Assembly: GCA_963663275.1 (NCBI GenBank)
Contig: OY760183.1
Coordinates: 992,001-1,056,000, forward strand
Length of the DNA: 64,000 nt
Direction: 5' to 3'
Origin: Chloroflexota bacterium
Lineage (GTDB): Bacteria; Chloroflexota; UBA11872; VXOZ01
The notes beneath the pieces are model-generated. The model ran no database searches. It was not told the DNA's origin and was given only the letters and a program-made list of their open reading frames with translations. The translations under genes and the position numbers were made by a program. Positions 8,627 to 18,505 of this stretch are shown piece after piece (the first letter of the stretch is position 1; every line of letters begins with the position of its first letter).

Positions 8627-10330
8627 TCACGTCCGGCCGAATTCTCGCGCCAATTGCGCGTGGGAGAGCCGCACCATCGTCGGCCGGCCGTGGGGGCAGG
8701 TGCGGGCCAGGTCGCAGCGTTCCAGCGCGCTCAACAGGGCCGCAATTTGCTCGTGGGAGAGCGTATCGCCCGCCTTCACCGCGCCGTGGCAGGCGATCAC
8801 CCAGCGCAGCCGTTCCAGCGGATCGCCGCGATAGTCAGGGTTGTCCTTCTGCTCGATCACCGTGGTCACGAACTGCCCCCAGTCGTGCCCCTTCTCCACG
8901 AGAAATACCGGCACGGCGCGCAATAGCCACGCGCCGCCGAACGGCTCCAGCGCGAAACCCATGCGTCGCAGTTCCTCCGCGTGCGCCTCCAACCATTGCA
9001 GGTGGGTCGGCCCCAGCGACAGCGGTTGCGGCTGGAGCAGCGGTTGGCTTTCGGCCTCCGGCAGGCGCTTCAGCACGGCCTCGTAGAGAATGCGCTCGTG
9101 CGCCGAATGCTGGTCGATCAGGTACATGCCGTCCGCGCCCTCGGCAATCACGTACATGGCGCTGAGTTGTCCCAGCACGCGCAGTTCCGGCGCTGTGGCG
9201 GCAGCGGCGGCCGCGCCGTTGACGGCAGCCGGCGCGTCCGCCTCCACCGGACGGAAGAGGTCTACCGCCCGCGCCGCCTGGCCTGAACCCGGCCGGTTTT
9301 CCACGCCGCGCCAGGTGTCAAGCGGTTGGAAGCGTTGGCGCATGGGCTGCACCGCCACGTGTTCCGCCAGCGCCGCCCGCAGCACGCGGCGCAATTGCCC
9401 CACCACGCGGCCGGTATCCCGCAGCCGGATTTCCGCCTTCTGCGGATGCACGTTCACGTCCACGTCTTCCCACGGCAGCAGGACATCCAGCGCCGCCAGC
9501 GGGTAGCGCCCGTCCGGCATGAGTTCCGCGTACACGTCGGTCACGGCGTAGACCAGCGCCCGCTGCTGCACCCAGCGGCCGTTCACGAAGAGCGAGACGC
9601 CGGTGCGGTTGCCCCGGTGGACGGCCGGCTGGACGAGTACGCCGCGCGCCAGCGGATCGTCCACCGGTATCAGTTGCTCGGCAAGTTCGTGGCCGTGCAT
9701 GGCGATGAAAACGTCCGCCACGCTCCCGCCGCCGCTGCTCGCAAAGACCTCTCGTCCATTGACGCTGAGGGTAAAGCGCACCGCCGGCCGGCTCAGCGCC
9801 AAGTGCTGCACGCACTGTACGACGCGCTGCGCCTCTGCCCGGGGGCTCTTGCAGAAGGCCAGCCGCGCCGGCACGTTGAAGAAGAGATGGCGCACGTCGA
9901 TTGCCGTGCCCACCGGTCCGGCGGCGGGTTCCAGCGCCGTTTGCTCGCCGCCCACGGCCTTTAGCAGGCGCGCGGCGCGGTCTTGCGCCGTGCGCGAACG
10001 CGCGTCCAGGTGCGAGACCGCCGCGATGGACGCCAGCGCCTCGCCGCGGAATCCCAACGTGCGAATGGCCGCCAGGTCCTCCACGCTGCTGAGCTTGCTG
10101 GTGGCGTAGCGGCGCAGCGTGAGCGGCAGATCGTCCGCGCCGATGCCGGCGCCGTCGTCTTCCACCGCGATGCGGCGCAAACCGCCCTGCTCGATTGCAA
10201 TCGTGATTGCGGCGGCCTCCGCGTCCAGCGCGTTCTCGCACAACTCCTTCACCACCGACGCGGGGCGCTCCACCACCTCGCCCGCGGCGATCTTGGCGGC
10301 GAGGGCGGCGGGCAATACGTGAACGGCCAT
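8627..10330 (-). CDS. mutL: DNA mismatch repair endonuclease MutL
   Basis: IAAGEVVERPASVVKEL, GFRGEALASI, DVNVHP, DQHSAHERILYE, ACH and CPHGRP motifs. Confidence 0.97.
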   Translation of the reverse strand: MAVHVLPAALAAKIAAGEVVERPASVVKELCENALDAEAAAITIAIEQGGLRRIAVEDDGAGIGADDLPLTLRRYATSKLSSVEDLAAIRTLGFRGEALASIAAVSHLDARSRTAQDRAARLLKAVGGEQTALEPAAGPVGTAIDVRHLFFNVPARLAFCKSPRAEAQRVVQCVQHLALSRPAVRFTLSVNGREVFASSGGGSVADVFIAMHGHELAEQLIPVDDPLARGVLVQPAVHRGNRTGVSLFVNGRWVQQRALVYAVTDVYAELMPDGRYPLAALDVLLPWEDVDVNVHPQKAEIRLRDTGRVVGQLRRVLRAALAEHVAVQPMRQRFQPLDTWRGVENRPGSGQAARAVDLFRPVEADAPAAVNGAAAAAATAPELRVLGQLSAMYVIAEGADGMYLIDQHSAHERILYEAVLKRLPEAESQPLLQPQPLSLGPTHLQWLEAHAEELRRMGFALEPFGGAWLLRAVPVFLVEKGHDWGQFVTTVIEQKDNPDYRGDPLERLRWVIACHGAVKAGDTLSHEQIAALLSALERCDLARTCPHGRPTMVRLSHAQLAREFGRT

Positions 10331-10509
10331 GCTCTGCATCCTCTCTGTGCCTACGTAGCAGGATAGCAATCGCGGCGGCGCAGGGTCAAAAGGCAGTGTG
10401 GGAGCGGCGGGCGTGGGTTCCCCCACCGCTATTGTGGCGCAACTCCACACGCTCGCGGATATGTGCTTGCTAGAGAAAGAGATTATCTAAAAGAAATTAC
10501 TAAAGATAC

Positions 10510-10538
10510 TTGACACAGAGAGACGCATGTTTTAGAAT
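10510..10538 (+). promoter_or_regulatory. Sigma70-type promoter of hsp20
   Basis: TTGACA (10510-10515), 17-bp spacer, TAGAAT (10533-10538); AT-rich upstream; AGGAGG SD before ATG 10590. Confidence 0.8.
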
Positions 10539-10589
10539 GAGAGTCAGAAAGCGCAGTTCATTACTCAGCACACATCAGGAGGTACCACG

Positions 10590-11042
10590 ATGGCTGAACT
10601 CAAGCGCTACGAACCCCACACCTTCGCCTCGGCGCAGGACGTTTTCGACCGCCTGTTCGACCGGACGCTCTTCGGCCCCGGCCTCTTCAGCAACGGCACG
10701 GCGCCGCAGGCCAACCGCGGCTTCCCCTCCAACCTCTGGGAAACCGACGACGCCTACCTGCTGGAGTTGGCAATTCCGGGCGCGAACCCGGACGACGTCG
10801 AGATTACCCTGAGCAAGGGCAGCCTGATCGTCAAGGGCCGCTACGCCCGCCCCGCGGCCGAGACGGCAACCCGCATCTGGCGCAACCTGCCCGACGGCGA
10901 CTTCGAGATCGCCTACACGCTGCCCAGCGCGGTCTACGCCGACGAAGCCGAGGTCTCCTGGGCAAACGGCATCTTCACGGTGCGCCTGCCCAAGGAGGAG
11001 AAGGCCAAATCCAAGCGGCTCAAGGTCCGCGTAGGCAAGTAG
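10590..11042 (+). CDS. Hsp20/alpha-crystallin small heat shock protein
   Basis: ETDDAYLLELAIPG, NGIFTVRLPK; 150 aa. Confidence 0.92.
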   Translation: MAELKRYEPHTFASAQDVFDRLFDRTLFGPGLFSNGTAPQANRGFPSNLWETDDAYLLELAIPGANPDDVEITLSKGSLIVKGRYARPAAETATRIWRNLPDGDFEIAYTLPSAVYADEAEVSWANGIFTVRLPKEEKAKSKRLKVRVGK

Positions 11043-11074
11043 CGAGCGCCCGCAGGCGCGCTACCGATCGACAA

Positions 11075-11111
11075 ACGCCCACGGGCGCGTCAACGACGCG
11101 CCCGTGGGCGT
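11075..11111. terminator. 17-bp-stem hairpin between convergent genes, probable bidirectional terminator
   Basis: ACGCCCACGGGCGCGTC-AAC-GACGCGCCCGTGGGCGT; weak U tails. Confidence 0.55.
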
Positions 11112-11194
11112 CTTGCGTGTGCGGAGTGCGCGCGCCGTTGTCTCGGACGCCGCCGGTGCGGCCGGTGAGCGTGGTTCTACTGCTTGCGCGCGGG

Positions 11195-14100
11195 TCAGGC
11201 CCACCGCAGGCGGCGCAGCAGCGTGGGGATGAACCAGCAGAAGACCAAGACCGGCGCGCCCGCCAGGAAGATGACGATGCCCAGGCGGAACGCCGCCGGC
11301 CGGTAGCGGAAGACGATCTCGTGCTCACCGGCCGGTACCCACACCGCCTGGTAGTAGGCGTTGGCGCGCCAGATGTCTATGGGCGCGCCGTTAAGGGTCG
11401 CTTCCCAGCCGGGGATGAACGTCTCGCCAAAGACGAGCACGCGCGGCGCCGGCGTTTCCAGCCGCACGCTCAGGTACTCCGGCCGGGGGCGCGTGGTTTC
11501 CGGCACGACCGGGCCGGCAGCGTCCGCCAGGGCGTACCGCGCCAGGTTCAGGCCGCCGGATGGCGCGCTCTCGCCAAAGCGCGCCTCCGCCTCAGGGGGC
11601 GCCACGCCGAACGGCGGCCCGCCGCCCCACACGTCCATGCCCTGGAGCCAGTGCTTCAGGGGACGGGCGAAGCCGGTCAGCGCATTTCGCGGCGGCAGTT
11701 CGCGGAACGGCGTCTCGCGCTCCAGGATAACGTCTTCGCCCACGCGGAAGGCCGGATTGGTCAGGGCGGCGCGCGCTTCGTCGGTGCTTTCCGCCACGTA
11801 GACCGTGCCCGCCGTATAGACCGTGCCCAGCGGCCGGTCGCGCCGGTAGAGCTTGAGGTCGCCGCTGAACAGGAGCGTGATTGGTTCGGCGGCCAGGATG
11901 ATGGGCGCGTGGGCCTCGGGGCCGATGGCGCTCATCGCAACCACGCGCAGCGCGCCCGCGGCGGCTCGATATTCCAGGGCCACTTCCTTTATGGCGACAG
12001 TCTCGCCCAATTCGAGCACGGCGTGGTAGCGGCGGCCCTGGGGGTTATCCGGCCACCCGCCCACGTCGCGGGCCGCCTGGTGGGCCGGGGTCGCTTTTTC
12101 GTACTCGCCCTCGGCGGTGTGGATGCCGGCCTGGAGCGGCCGCTCGATAACGCGGCCTGCGGTGGTGGTGACCCGCGCCACGGCCACCAGTTGCCCCTGC
12201 GGCAGCGCCGCCGCGCCGGTGAGATACGAGATGACGCCGATGCGGTCGGCGGCGATTTCCGGCGCGTTGGGAACGGCGGCGGTCGGATTGTCGGCATCGA
12301 CGGCCAGGGCGAACGTGGTGTCGTAGAAGACGTCGTCCACCCAGGGATCGTGGATCTTGTCATCCAGCAGGTAGGCCACGCCGAAGAGGTCCAGGATTCG
12401 CGGCGGCGGCACGGCCCGGAGTTGGTCGCGCAGGATCGCGTCCGGCTGCGCCGACGCGCCGGCTTGCAGTACCTCCTTCATGCCCGCGTAGCCGCCCATG
12501 GGCAGCACCCCGCCGTCGTAGCCGTCCACGGTGGGGATGCGCAATCCCAGCGGCGTGTTCGGCGTCATCACCTCGAAGTACTTCTGGGTGACCAGCAGAT
12601 TGTAGGTGCTGCCGGTTCCCAGGTGGGCGAACCGCTCCCGCAGTTCCGGCTCCACGCCGGGCGCGTAGGCGGTGCCGGCCAGGCTGAGGACGCGGCCCCC
12701 TTCACCGGCGGCCCGGCCGGCGTACGCATCGCGCAGGATGGCGGTCACGGGACCCGGATCGGTGTAGGCCATGGCCGGCGGCGCTTGGTTGTACTCCAGA
12801 TGGCGCGAGGCCCAGAAGAGTTCCAGCGCGACGACCAGCGGCAGGAGCCACACAACGCCCGGCGCGCGCGCCGCCAGCAGGATCAGCGCCGCGCTGCCAA
12901 CGGCGAGAACGACCCAGATGAAGGCAAACTCCGCCGCAAGTGTGTGCTGGAGCGGCGCCAGGCCGGCCGCGGCCAGCGCCAGGAGAGACGCGCCGGCGCC
13001 AAAGCGCAGCAGCGGGCCGCGCAGCGGCAGGCCGCCGCGCGCCGCGCGCGCGAGCCAGTCCAGGCCGATGCCGGCGAGCACGCTGGCGGCGAACGTGTAG
13101 AGCAGCAGCCAGCGGGCGGGCACGCGAAAGAGGTCCAGCCCGGGCAACACCTCGAAGAGCGCCGGATAGAGCGGATTGGCCGCGCCCAGCACCAGCAGCA
13201 GCGAGAACGCGGCGAGGCCGGCGAAACCCCATGCGGCCGGGCGGCGGTAGGCGCACACCACGCCCAGCAGCGCCAGGGACATGGCCAGGATTCCGATGAA
13301 GCCGAAGTATTCGGCGCTGCTCACGGAACCGTCCGGCGTGGGCAGCATACCGGCCAGGAACTCGCGGGGCGAGAGCGAGAACGCCGTGGCCTCGCCATAG
13401 CTCAAGCCCCCCTGGCGGATGGAGTGATGGGTGAGTTGGAGCATGGGCACCGCCTGGGGCGCGGCGAGCGCCGCCGTGCCCGCGAACGCGCCGCCCAGCA
13501 AGGCCAGCGCCACCACCGGACGCCACAGCAATTGCGTGTACCAGTCTCTGAGGGAAGCAAACCAGGCGGGCGCGGCCGGGGGGCCTGCCTTGGGCGGGTG
13601 TGAAGCGCGCTCCGGCGCGGACGGGCCGCCCGCTTCGAGAAAAGCGGGCCGGAGCGCGGCGACGCCGAGCCAGTCCCATGCGGCGCGTCCCAGCCAGCAG
13701 AGCATCACGGCGGCCAGCGTCATGTACGAGGGTTGCGCGTGTCCGGCGAGGAATTGCAGCGCCAGGATGACGCTCAGCGCCACCGCCCACCGCACGCTGC
13801 GTCCGTCATAGAGGCGGTGCGCGGCCAGCAGCGCCCACGGCAGCCAGACGGCGGCGTTAACCTGGTTGACGTGCCCGACCTGCGCCCCCAGAAAACCGCT
13901 GAGGCCGAACGTGGCGGCCGCGCCCACTGCCGCGAGCCAGGCCAGCCCCGTCGCCCGCCGGGTGTAGGCGTACACGCCCAGCGCGCCCCAGACCAGGTGG
14001 ATGGCGATCGAGAGCGCCAGGCCGGTCTCGGTGGCTACGAGCAGGTAGAGCAGGTTGGGCGGATAGAGCACGGCGGTCTGCTGGTTGGCGAGAAACGGCG

Positions 14101-14341
14101 CGCCCTGGAAGAGATAGGGGTTCCACAACGGCAGGTCGGCCTGCCGCAGCGCCGCCGCGGCGTACTGGCGGTAGGGGTAGAAGTAGGTGGAAAGGTCGTA
14201 GCCGGCCAGCACCCGGTCGGTGAGCAACGCTTTCCAGAAGAACGCGGTGACACCCGCCGCCAGCGCCAGCGCGGCGCCCAGCCACGGCCCGTGACGTTGG
14301 ATGAACGGATTGGTAGAGAGTGGGTGAGTCAATGCGGCCAC
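11195..14341 (-). CDS. YfhO-family multi-pass membrane protein (GT-C-like glycosyltransferase)
   Basis: DLSTYFYP, PLWNPYLFQGAPFLA, FRVPARW, PGWEA...VPAGEHEIVFRYRP. Confidence 0.8.
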   Translation of the reverse strand: MAALTHPLSTNPFIQRHGPWLGAALALAAGVTAFFWKALLTDRVLAGYDLSTYFYPYRQYAAAALRQADLPLWNPYLFQGAPFLANQQTAVLYPPNLLYLLVATETGLALSIAIHLVWGALGVYAYTRRATGLAWLAAVGAAATFGLSGFLGAQVGHVNQVNAAVWLPWALLAAHRLYDGRSVRWAVALSVILALQFLAGHAQPSYMTLAAVMLCWLGRAAWDWLGVAALRPAFLEAGGPSAPERASHPPKAGPPAAPAWFASLRDWYTQLLWRPVVALALLGGAFAGTAALAAPQAVPMLQLTHHSIRQGGLSYGEATAFSLSPREFLAGMLPTPDGSVSSAEYFGFIGILAMSLALLGVVCAYRRPAAWGFAGLAAFSLLLVLGAANPLYPALFEVLPGLDLFRVPARWLLLYTFAASVLAGIGLDWLARAARGGLPLRGPLLRFGAGASLLALAAAGLAPLQHTLAAEFAFIWVVLAVGSAALILLAARAPGVVWLLPLVVALELFWASRHLEYNQAPPAMAYTDPGPVTAILRDAYAGRAAGEGGRVLSLAGTAYAPGVEPELRERFAHLGTGSTYNLLVTQKYFEVMTPNTPLGLRIPTVDGYDGGVLPMGGYAGMKEVLQAGASAQPDAILRDQLRAVPPPRILDLFGVAYLLDDKIHDPWVDDVFYDTTFALAVDADNPTAAVPNAPEIAADRIGVISYLTGAAALPQGQLVAVARVTTTAGRVIERPLQAGIHTAEGEYEKATPAHQAARDVGGWPDNPQGRRYHAVLELGETVAIKEVALEYRAAAGALRVVAMSAIGPEAHAPIILAAEPITLLFSGDLKLYRRDRPLGTVYTAGTVYVAESTDEARAALTNPAFRVGEDVILERETPFRELPPRNALTGFARPLKHWLQGMDVWGGGPPFGVAPPEAEARFGESAPSGGLNLARYALADAAGPVVPETTRPRPEYLSVRLETPAPRVLVFGETFIPGWEATLNGAPIDIWRANAYYQAVWVPAGEHEIVFRYRPAAFRLGIVIFLAGAPVLVFCWFIPTLLRRLRWA

Positions 14342-14394
14342 GCGCGGCGATTGCGCCTGAATGGCTCCTGGATTCCTTGCACGATCTGGCGCGG

Positions 14395-15015
14395 TCAGGT
14401 GATTTCGTGCGCCAGGATGATGGCTTCGGCGATCTCTTTCATCGGCTTGCGGCGGTCCATGGCCAGCTTTTGAATGCGCCGGAAGGCCGCGCTTTCCGAT
14501 AGGCCCTGCCGGTCCATCAGCAGCCCCTTGGCGCGTTCCACCAAGCGCCGCGTTTCCAGGGTTTCCTTGAGATCGACGTTCTCCTGCTCGATTGCCCGCA
14601 ACTCGGCAAAGCGGGCGATGGCGACCTCCAGCGTGGGCACCAGGTCGGCTTCGCGGAAGGGTTTGGAGATGTAGCCGAGCACCCCGGCCTCGCGGGCGTC
14701 TTCGACCAGATCGCGATCGCTGTAGGCCGTGAGCAGCACCACCGGCGCGATCCGTTCTTGCAGCATGATGCGCGCCGCGCTGATGCCATCCATCTTTGGC
14801 ATCTTGATGTCCATCAACACCAGGTCCGGCCGCAAGCGCCGCGCCAGGGTCACGGCCACGTGGCCGTCCGCGGCCTCCCCGACCACGGTGTAGCCCAGGT
14901 CGCTCAGCCGCTCGCGCAGGTCCAGGCGGATGATCGACTCATCGTCCACGATGAGAATCTGCGCCTGCGGCGTTGGCTGCTCCGGCGATGACGTGTGGGT
15001 GTATTCTGTGCTCAT
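14395..15015 (-). CDS. Response regulator with REC and ANTAR domains (PdtaR/EutV-like)
   Basis: IVDDE, MDIKMP, KP; RRLVERAKGLLM...AFRRIQKLAMD ANTAR signature. Confidence 0.92.
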   Translation of the reverse strand: MSTEYTHTSSPEQPTPQAQILIVDDESIIRLDLRERLSDLGYTVVGEAADGHVAVTLARRLRPDLVLMDIKMPKMDGISAARIMLQERIAPVVLLTAYSDRDLVEDAREAGVLGYISKPFREADLVPTLEVAIARFAELRAIEQENVDLKETLETRRLVERAKGLLMDRQGLSESAAFRRIQKLAMDRRKPMKEIAEAIILAHEIT

Positions 15016-15210
15016 GGTCTTGTCGTGGATGATTGCTGGCGGTGACCGCAAAGCCTTTCGCGCGGCAGGCGCGCCCGCGACCGCCTGGCCGCATGGCGCG
15101 GAACGGCTTTGCCATCCATGATACACTACCTGCCGGTAGAGAGAAGGATTCTGGTCATTCCAGAGGCGTTTGCAGCCGGTCAACGTCCTCTCCCGCGCGT
15201 CCGCCCGCCG

Positions 15211-15238
15211 GTAGGGGCACGACATGTCGTGCCCCTAC
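15211..15238. repeat. Perfect palindrome family B (GTAGGGGCACGACATGTCGTGCCCCTAC); also 34286-34313 and 43887-43914
   Basis: Identical 28-bp palindrome at three loci; extends to a 54-bp perfect palindrome at 43874-43927. Confidence 0.92.
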
Positions 15239-15247
15239 CCGCGCGGC

Positions 15248-15560
15248 CCACAGGCCGTAACGCGGGGTCTCGTCCCCCGCTTAGACAAACGGGGTGTTGC
15301 CGATCGCCGGATGCCGTAGCGCGGGGGCTTGTCCCCCGCCGGAGCGGGAGAGGCGGACGTGCAGAGGATTGACCTTACGGGGACGCAGGTTATGCGCACC
15401 TTCCGTGCGAACCTGCGCTACCGGAGGCGCCTGCGCAACCGGAGATGTGAGTCGCGGTTCCACAGGCCGTAGCGCGGGGGCTTGTCCCCCGCCTGGACAA
15501 ATGAGGATGTTGCCGATTGCCGGATGCCGTAGCGCGGGGGCTTGTCCCCCGCCGGAGCGG
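15248..15560 (+). repeat. Composite repeat cluster: about 100-bp direct repeat (15248-15348 / 15460-15560), each with two family-A units, around a family-C segment
   Basis: CACAGGCCGTA...TGTTGCCGAT.GCCGGATGCCGTAGCGCG...CCGGAGCGG occurs twice. Confidence 0.8.
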
Positions 15561-15700
15561 AAATGAAATCGCTGAAACCGGCGTCCGCCTGAACCCCTGT
15601 AGCGGCGAGGGAATAGCCGCCCGCGGTGTCGTATCCCAACTATGGGCGCAGGCACGCCTGTAGCGGCGATGCGGACAGCCGCCTGCCAAGAACGGAATCT

Positions 15701-16801
15701 ATGCCAATCACGCCGGATGACGATCGCGCGTACTACGTGGCGCTGAGCCTGGCGCCGGAGATGGGGCCGGGGCGGATGCACCGGCTGCTGCGGCGCTTTG
15801 GCACGCTGGCGGCGGCTTGGCGCGCCTCGCCCGCCGCCTGGCGCGACGCCGGGCTGGAACCGGCCGTAGCCGCCGGGCTGGAACGCGCGCGCCGCGAAAT
15901 CGACCCGGCGCGGGAGTTGGCCCGTCTTGCCCAGTTGGACGTTACCGCGCTCACGTGGGCGGACGACGCCTTTCCCCCGCTCCTGCGCCAGATTCCCAGC
16001 CCGCCGGTGCTCCTCTACGTGCGCGGCGCAATAGAAGCGCGCGACGAATTGGCGGTGGCGGTGGTGGGCACGCGCAACGCCACCGCCTACGGGCGCAGCG
16101 TCACCCGCCGCTTGGCCGCCGATCTGGCCGCCAGCGGCGTGACCGTGGTGAGCGGCCTGGCGCGCGGCATCGACGCCGCGGCCCACCGCGCCGCGCTGGA
16201 CGCGGGCGGGCGCACCCTGGCCGTCTTCGGCTGCGGGCTGGACGTCATCTATCCGCCCGAGCACCGGCGGCTGGCGGAAGAGGTCGCCGCCCAGGGCGCG
16301 CTCATCTCGGAGTATCCCCTGGGACGGCAGCCCGCGGCCGAGCAGTTTCCGGTGCGCAACCGGCTGATTAGCGGTCTTTCGCTGGGCGTTGTCATCACCG
16401 AATCCCGGGAGCGGAGCGGCGCGTTGATCACGGCCGAGTTCGCCGGCGTGCAGGGGCGCGACGTGTTCGCCGTGCCCGGCAGCATTCTGAACCAATCCAG
16501 CGCCGGCCCGCACCGCCTGATCCAGGACGGCGCCAAGCTGGTGATGCGGGTGGAGGACATTCTGCAAGACCTGAACATCCACCTGACCGGACGCCAGGCC
16601 GCGCTCACCGCCGCCGCGCCCTTGAGCGTGGAGGAACAGCAGATCTTCGACCTCCTGGAGGGCGATCCGCTGCACGTGGACGAAATCAGCGTCCAGACTC
16701 AGATTCCGGTGCAGCAGGTGAGCAGCGTGCTCACGCTGATGGAGGTGCGGGGCATTGTGCACGCGGTGGGGGCGCTGACGTACGCGCGCGGCAGAGCGTG
16801 A
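15701..16801 (+). CDS. dprA: DNA-processing protein DprA
   Basis: AVVGTR, VSGLARGID, FPVRNRLISGLS, SGALITA, GRDVFAVPG; C-terminal winged helix. Confidence 0.95.
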   Translation: MPITPDDDRAYYVALSLAPEMGPGRMHRLLRRFGTLAAAWRASPAAWRDAGLEPAVAAGLERARREIDPARELARLAQLDVTALTWADDAFPPLLRQIPSPPVLLYVRGAIEARDELAVAVVGTRNATAYGRSVTRRLAADLAASGVTVVSGLARGIDAAAHRAALDAGGRTLAVFGCGLDVIYPPEHRRLAEEVAAQGALISEYPLGRQPAAEQFPVRNRLISGLSLGVVITESRERSGALITAEFAGVQGRDVFAVPGSILNQSSAGPHRLIQDGAKLVMRVEDILQDLNIHLTGRQAALTAAAPLSVEEQQIFDLLEGDPLHVDEISVQTQIPVQQVSSVLTLMEVRGIVHAVGALTYARGRA

Positions 16802-16809
16802 GGCGGCGG

Positions 16810-17136
16810 ATGAGCGCAAACCCCCACGCCCTGTATGAACTTCTGGCGCAGGCCAACGCGGCCGAGCAGGAATTGCTGCTGCGCTTCCTGCTGGGCAAAC
16901 GCACCGCCGCCCTGGGGCGCGCCAACCCCCGGCTCGACCTCTTCCTGGCGGAACTGCAAGTGGCGCTGCCCGGCGCCAGCGACGCGCTGGGCGATCTGCG
17001 CTTCCGGTTGGGAGACGAGTTGCACGGCGAAATCGCCCGCTGGGCGCAAGGCGGGACTGCAACGCCGGCCGCGCGGGAGACGGCGCGCCTCTACCGGCGC
17101 GTGCTGGCGCGGTATGAGGCGCTTTTTCTGAAATGA
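16810..17136 (+). CDS. Hypothetical protein
   Basis: 108 aa between dprA and lipB; ATGA overlap with lipB. Confidence 0.6.
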   Translation: MSANPHALYELLAQANAAEQELLLRFLLGKRTAALGRANPRLDLFLAELQVALPGASDALGDLRFRLGDELHGEIARWAQGGTATPAARETARLYRRVLARYEALFLK

Positions 17137-18029
17137 CGGGAACCGATCGCTTCATGCTAGACGAACGACCGGGAGTTGTGCGCCCGGCCCGCGCTTCGAC
17201 GGGCGCAGCGCGAACGGACACTGGTTCGCTCTGGGTGGCGGCGCTCGGTTGCGTTGACTATGCGCAGGCGCTGGCCTTGCAGCGGCGTCTGTGGCAAGCG
17301 CGGCGCGAGGACGCCATTCCCGATACGCTGCTGCTGCTCAGCCATCCGCCGACGATTACGCTGGGCCGCCGCGCGGATCCGGCGCATCTGCTGGCGGAAC
17401 CCGCCGTCCTGCGCGCGGCCGGCATCGAGGTGGTCAAGAGCGAGCGCGGCGGCGCGGCCACGTATCACGGACCGGGACAACTCGTCGGCTACTGCATCGT
17501 CAAGCTGGCCGAGCGCGGACCCAGGGACTTCGTCCACCGCCTGGAGGAGGTCTTGATCAGGGTAGCGCGGGCGTACGGCGTTCCGGCGGAGCGGCTGCCT
17601 GGGGACACCGGCGTGTGGGTCAAGGGGCGCAAACTGGCCGCCTTGGGCCTCACGCTGCAACGGCGGGTGACCCGCCACGGCTTTGCCCTGAACGTCGCGC
17701 CCAATCTGGCGCACTTTCAATACATCGTGCCCTGCGGCCCGCCGCCGGCCGCCAAGCGGGCGGCCTGCGCTTCCGAGCGGACGGCTTCCGCTGCCGAGTG
17801 GGCGTCTTCCGCTTCCCAGCGGGCGTCTTCCGCTTCCCAGCGGGCGTCTTCCGCTGCCGAGCGGCCAGCTTTCGGGGCGGCAACCTCGCTGGCGCGGGAG
17901 CGCGGGGACGCGCCCGGCGAAGCGGCAGTGCGGGAGGCCGTTTGCAATGAGATGGCGGCCGTGTTCGGCATGGCCGTCGCACACGTATCGTATGCCGACC
18001 TCAGCCGGAGATTGAAATCTGAACCGTAG
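17133..18029 (+). CDS. lipB: Octanoyltransferase LipB with in-frame tandem-repeat insertion
   Basis: HPPTITLG, RGGAATYHGPGQLVGY, TGVWV, KLAALG, HGFALN, IVPCG. Confidence 0.9.
   Translation: MTGTDRFMLDERPGVVRPARASTGAARTDTGSLWVAALGCVDYAQALALQRRLWQARREDAIPDTLLLLSHPPTITLGRRADPAHLLAEPAVLRAAGIEVVKSERGGAATYHGPGQLVGYCIVKLAERGPRDFVHRLEEVLIRVARAYGVPAERLPGDTGVWVKGRKLAALGLTLQRRVTRHGFALNVAPNLAHFQYIVPCGPPPAAKRAACASERTASAAEWASSASQRASSASQRASSAAERPAFGAATSLARERGDAPGEAAVREAVCNEMAAVFGMAVAHVSYADLSRRLKSEP
17756..17860 (+). repeat. 5 x 21-bp in-frame tandem repeat in lipB
   Basis: GCGGGCGTCTTCCGCTTCCCA-type units encoding RASSASQ variants. Confidence 0.9.
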
Positions 18030-18045
18030 CGCGGGGGCTTGTCCC

Positions 18046-18207
18046 CAATACTGTCGCATTAACGTAGCGCGGGGGCTTGTCCCCCGCCGGAACAAGAAAA
18101 ATGAGAACGGAATGGATTGACCTTACGGAAGACGCAGGTTACAAACCTGCGCTACCGGAGAAACGAGCGTTGTTTTCACTCTCATTGTGTTTAATGCGAC
18201 AGCATTG
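18046..18207. mobile_element. 162-bp MITE (IS4-like ends) inserted in a family-A palindrome
   Basis: TIRs CAATACTGTCGCATTAA / TTAATGCGACAGCATTG; 11-bp duplication GGGCTTGTCCC at 18035-18045 and 18208-18218; carries A and C palindromes. Confidence 0.8.
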
Positions 18208-18352
18208 GGGCTTGTCCCCCGCCCGCGTAAGGATGAGCGCGCCGACCACGCTGCCGACGCTTGCCCGCCGCCTGCGGAGACACCGAACCGTAGCGCGAAG
18301 GCTTGTCCCCAGCGGTGTGGCGTTAGAGTGCAATACTTGCCACTGTCTTGCC

Positions 18353-18505
18353 CACACTAGAGAGATTGATGAACATGCGCGCAGCCGTTCGCCTTGAGCC
18401 TGTCGAAAGGTGAACGGCGAGTTGGTTGTGGCGCACTGTACTACCCGTTCATACTTCGACGGGCTCAGCACGAACGGGTAGTACAGTGCTCATCAGTCTA
18501 GCGTG
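18353..18505. repeat. Family G palindrome pair (GTTCGCC.TGAGCC.GTCGAA...TTCGAC.GGCTCAGCACGAACGG) with weak outer inverted ends
   Basis: Same core as 35799-35886; outer CACACTAG...TGATGA / TCATCAGTCTAGCGTG imperfect IR. Confidence 0.6.

Noticed and set aside
10539-10590. CIRCE or HAIR operator before hsp20
   Set aside because: Only partial TGAG/CTCA matches with wrong spacing.
11117-13603. Long antisense ORFs (also 1596..3572, 28463..30529, 50901..52817, 39567..41240)
   Set aside because: Shadow frames of real genes in high-GC DNA; no motifs.
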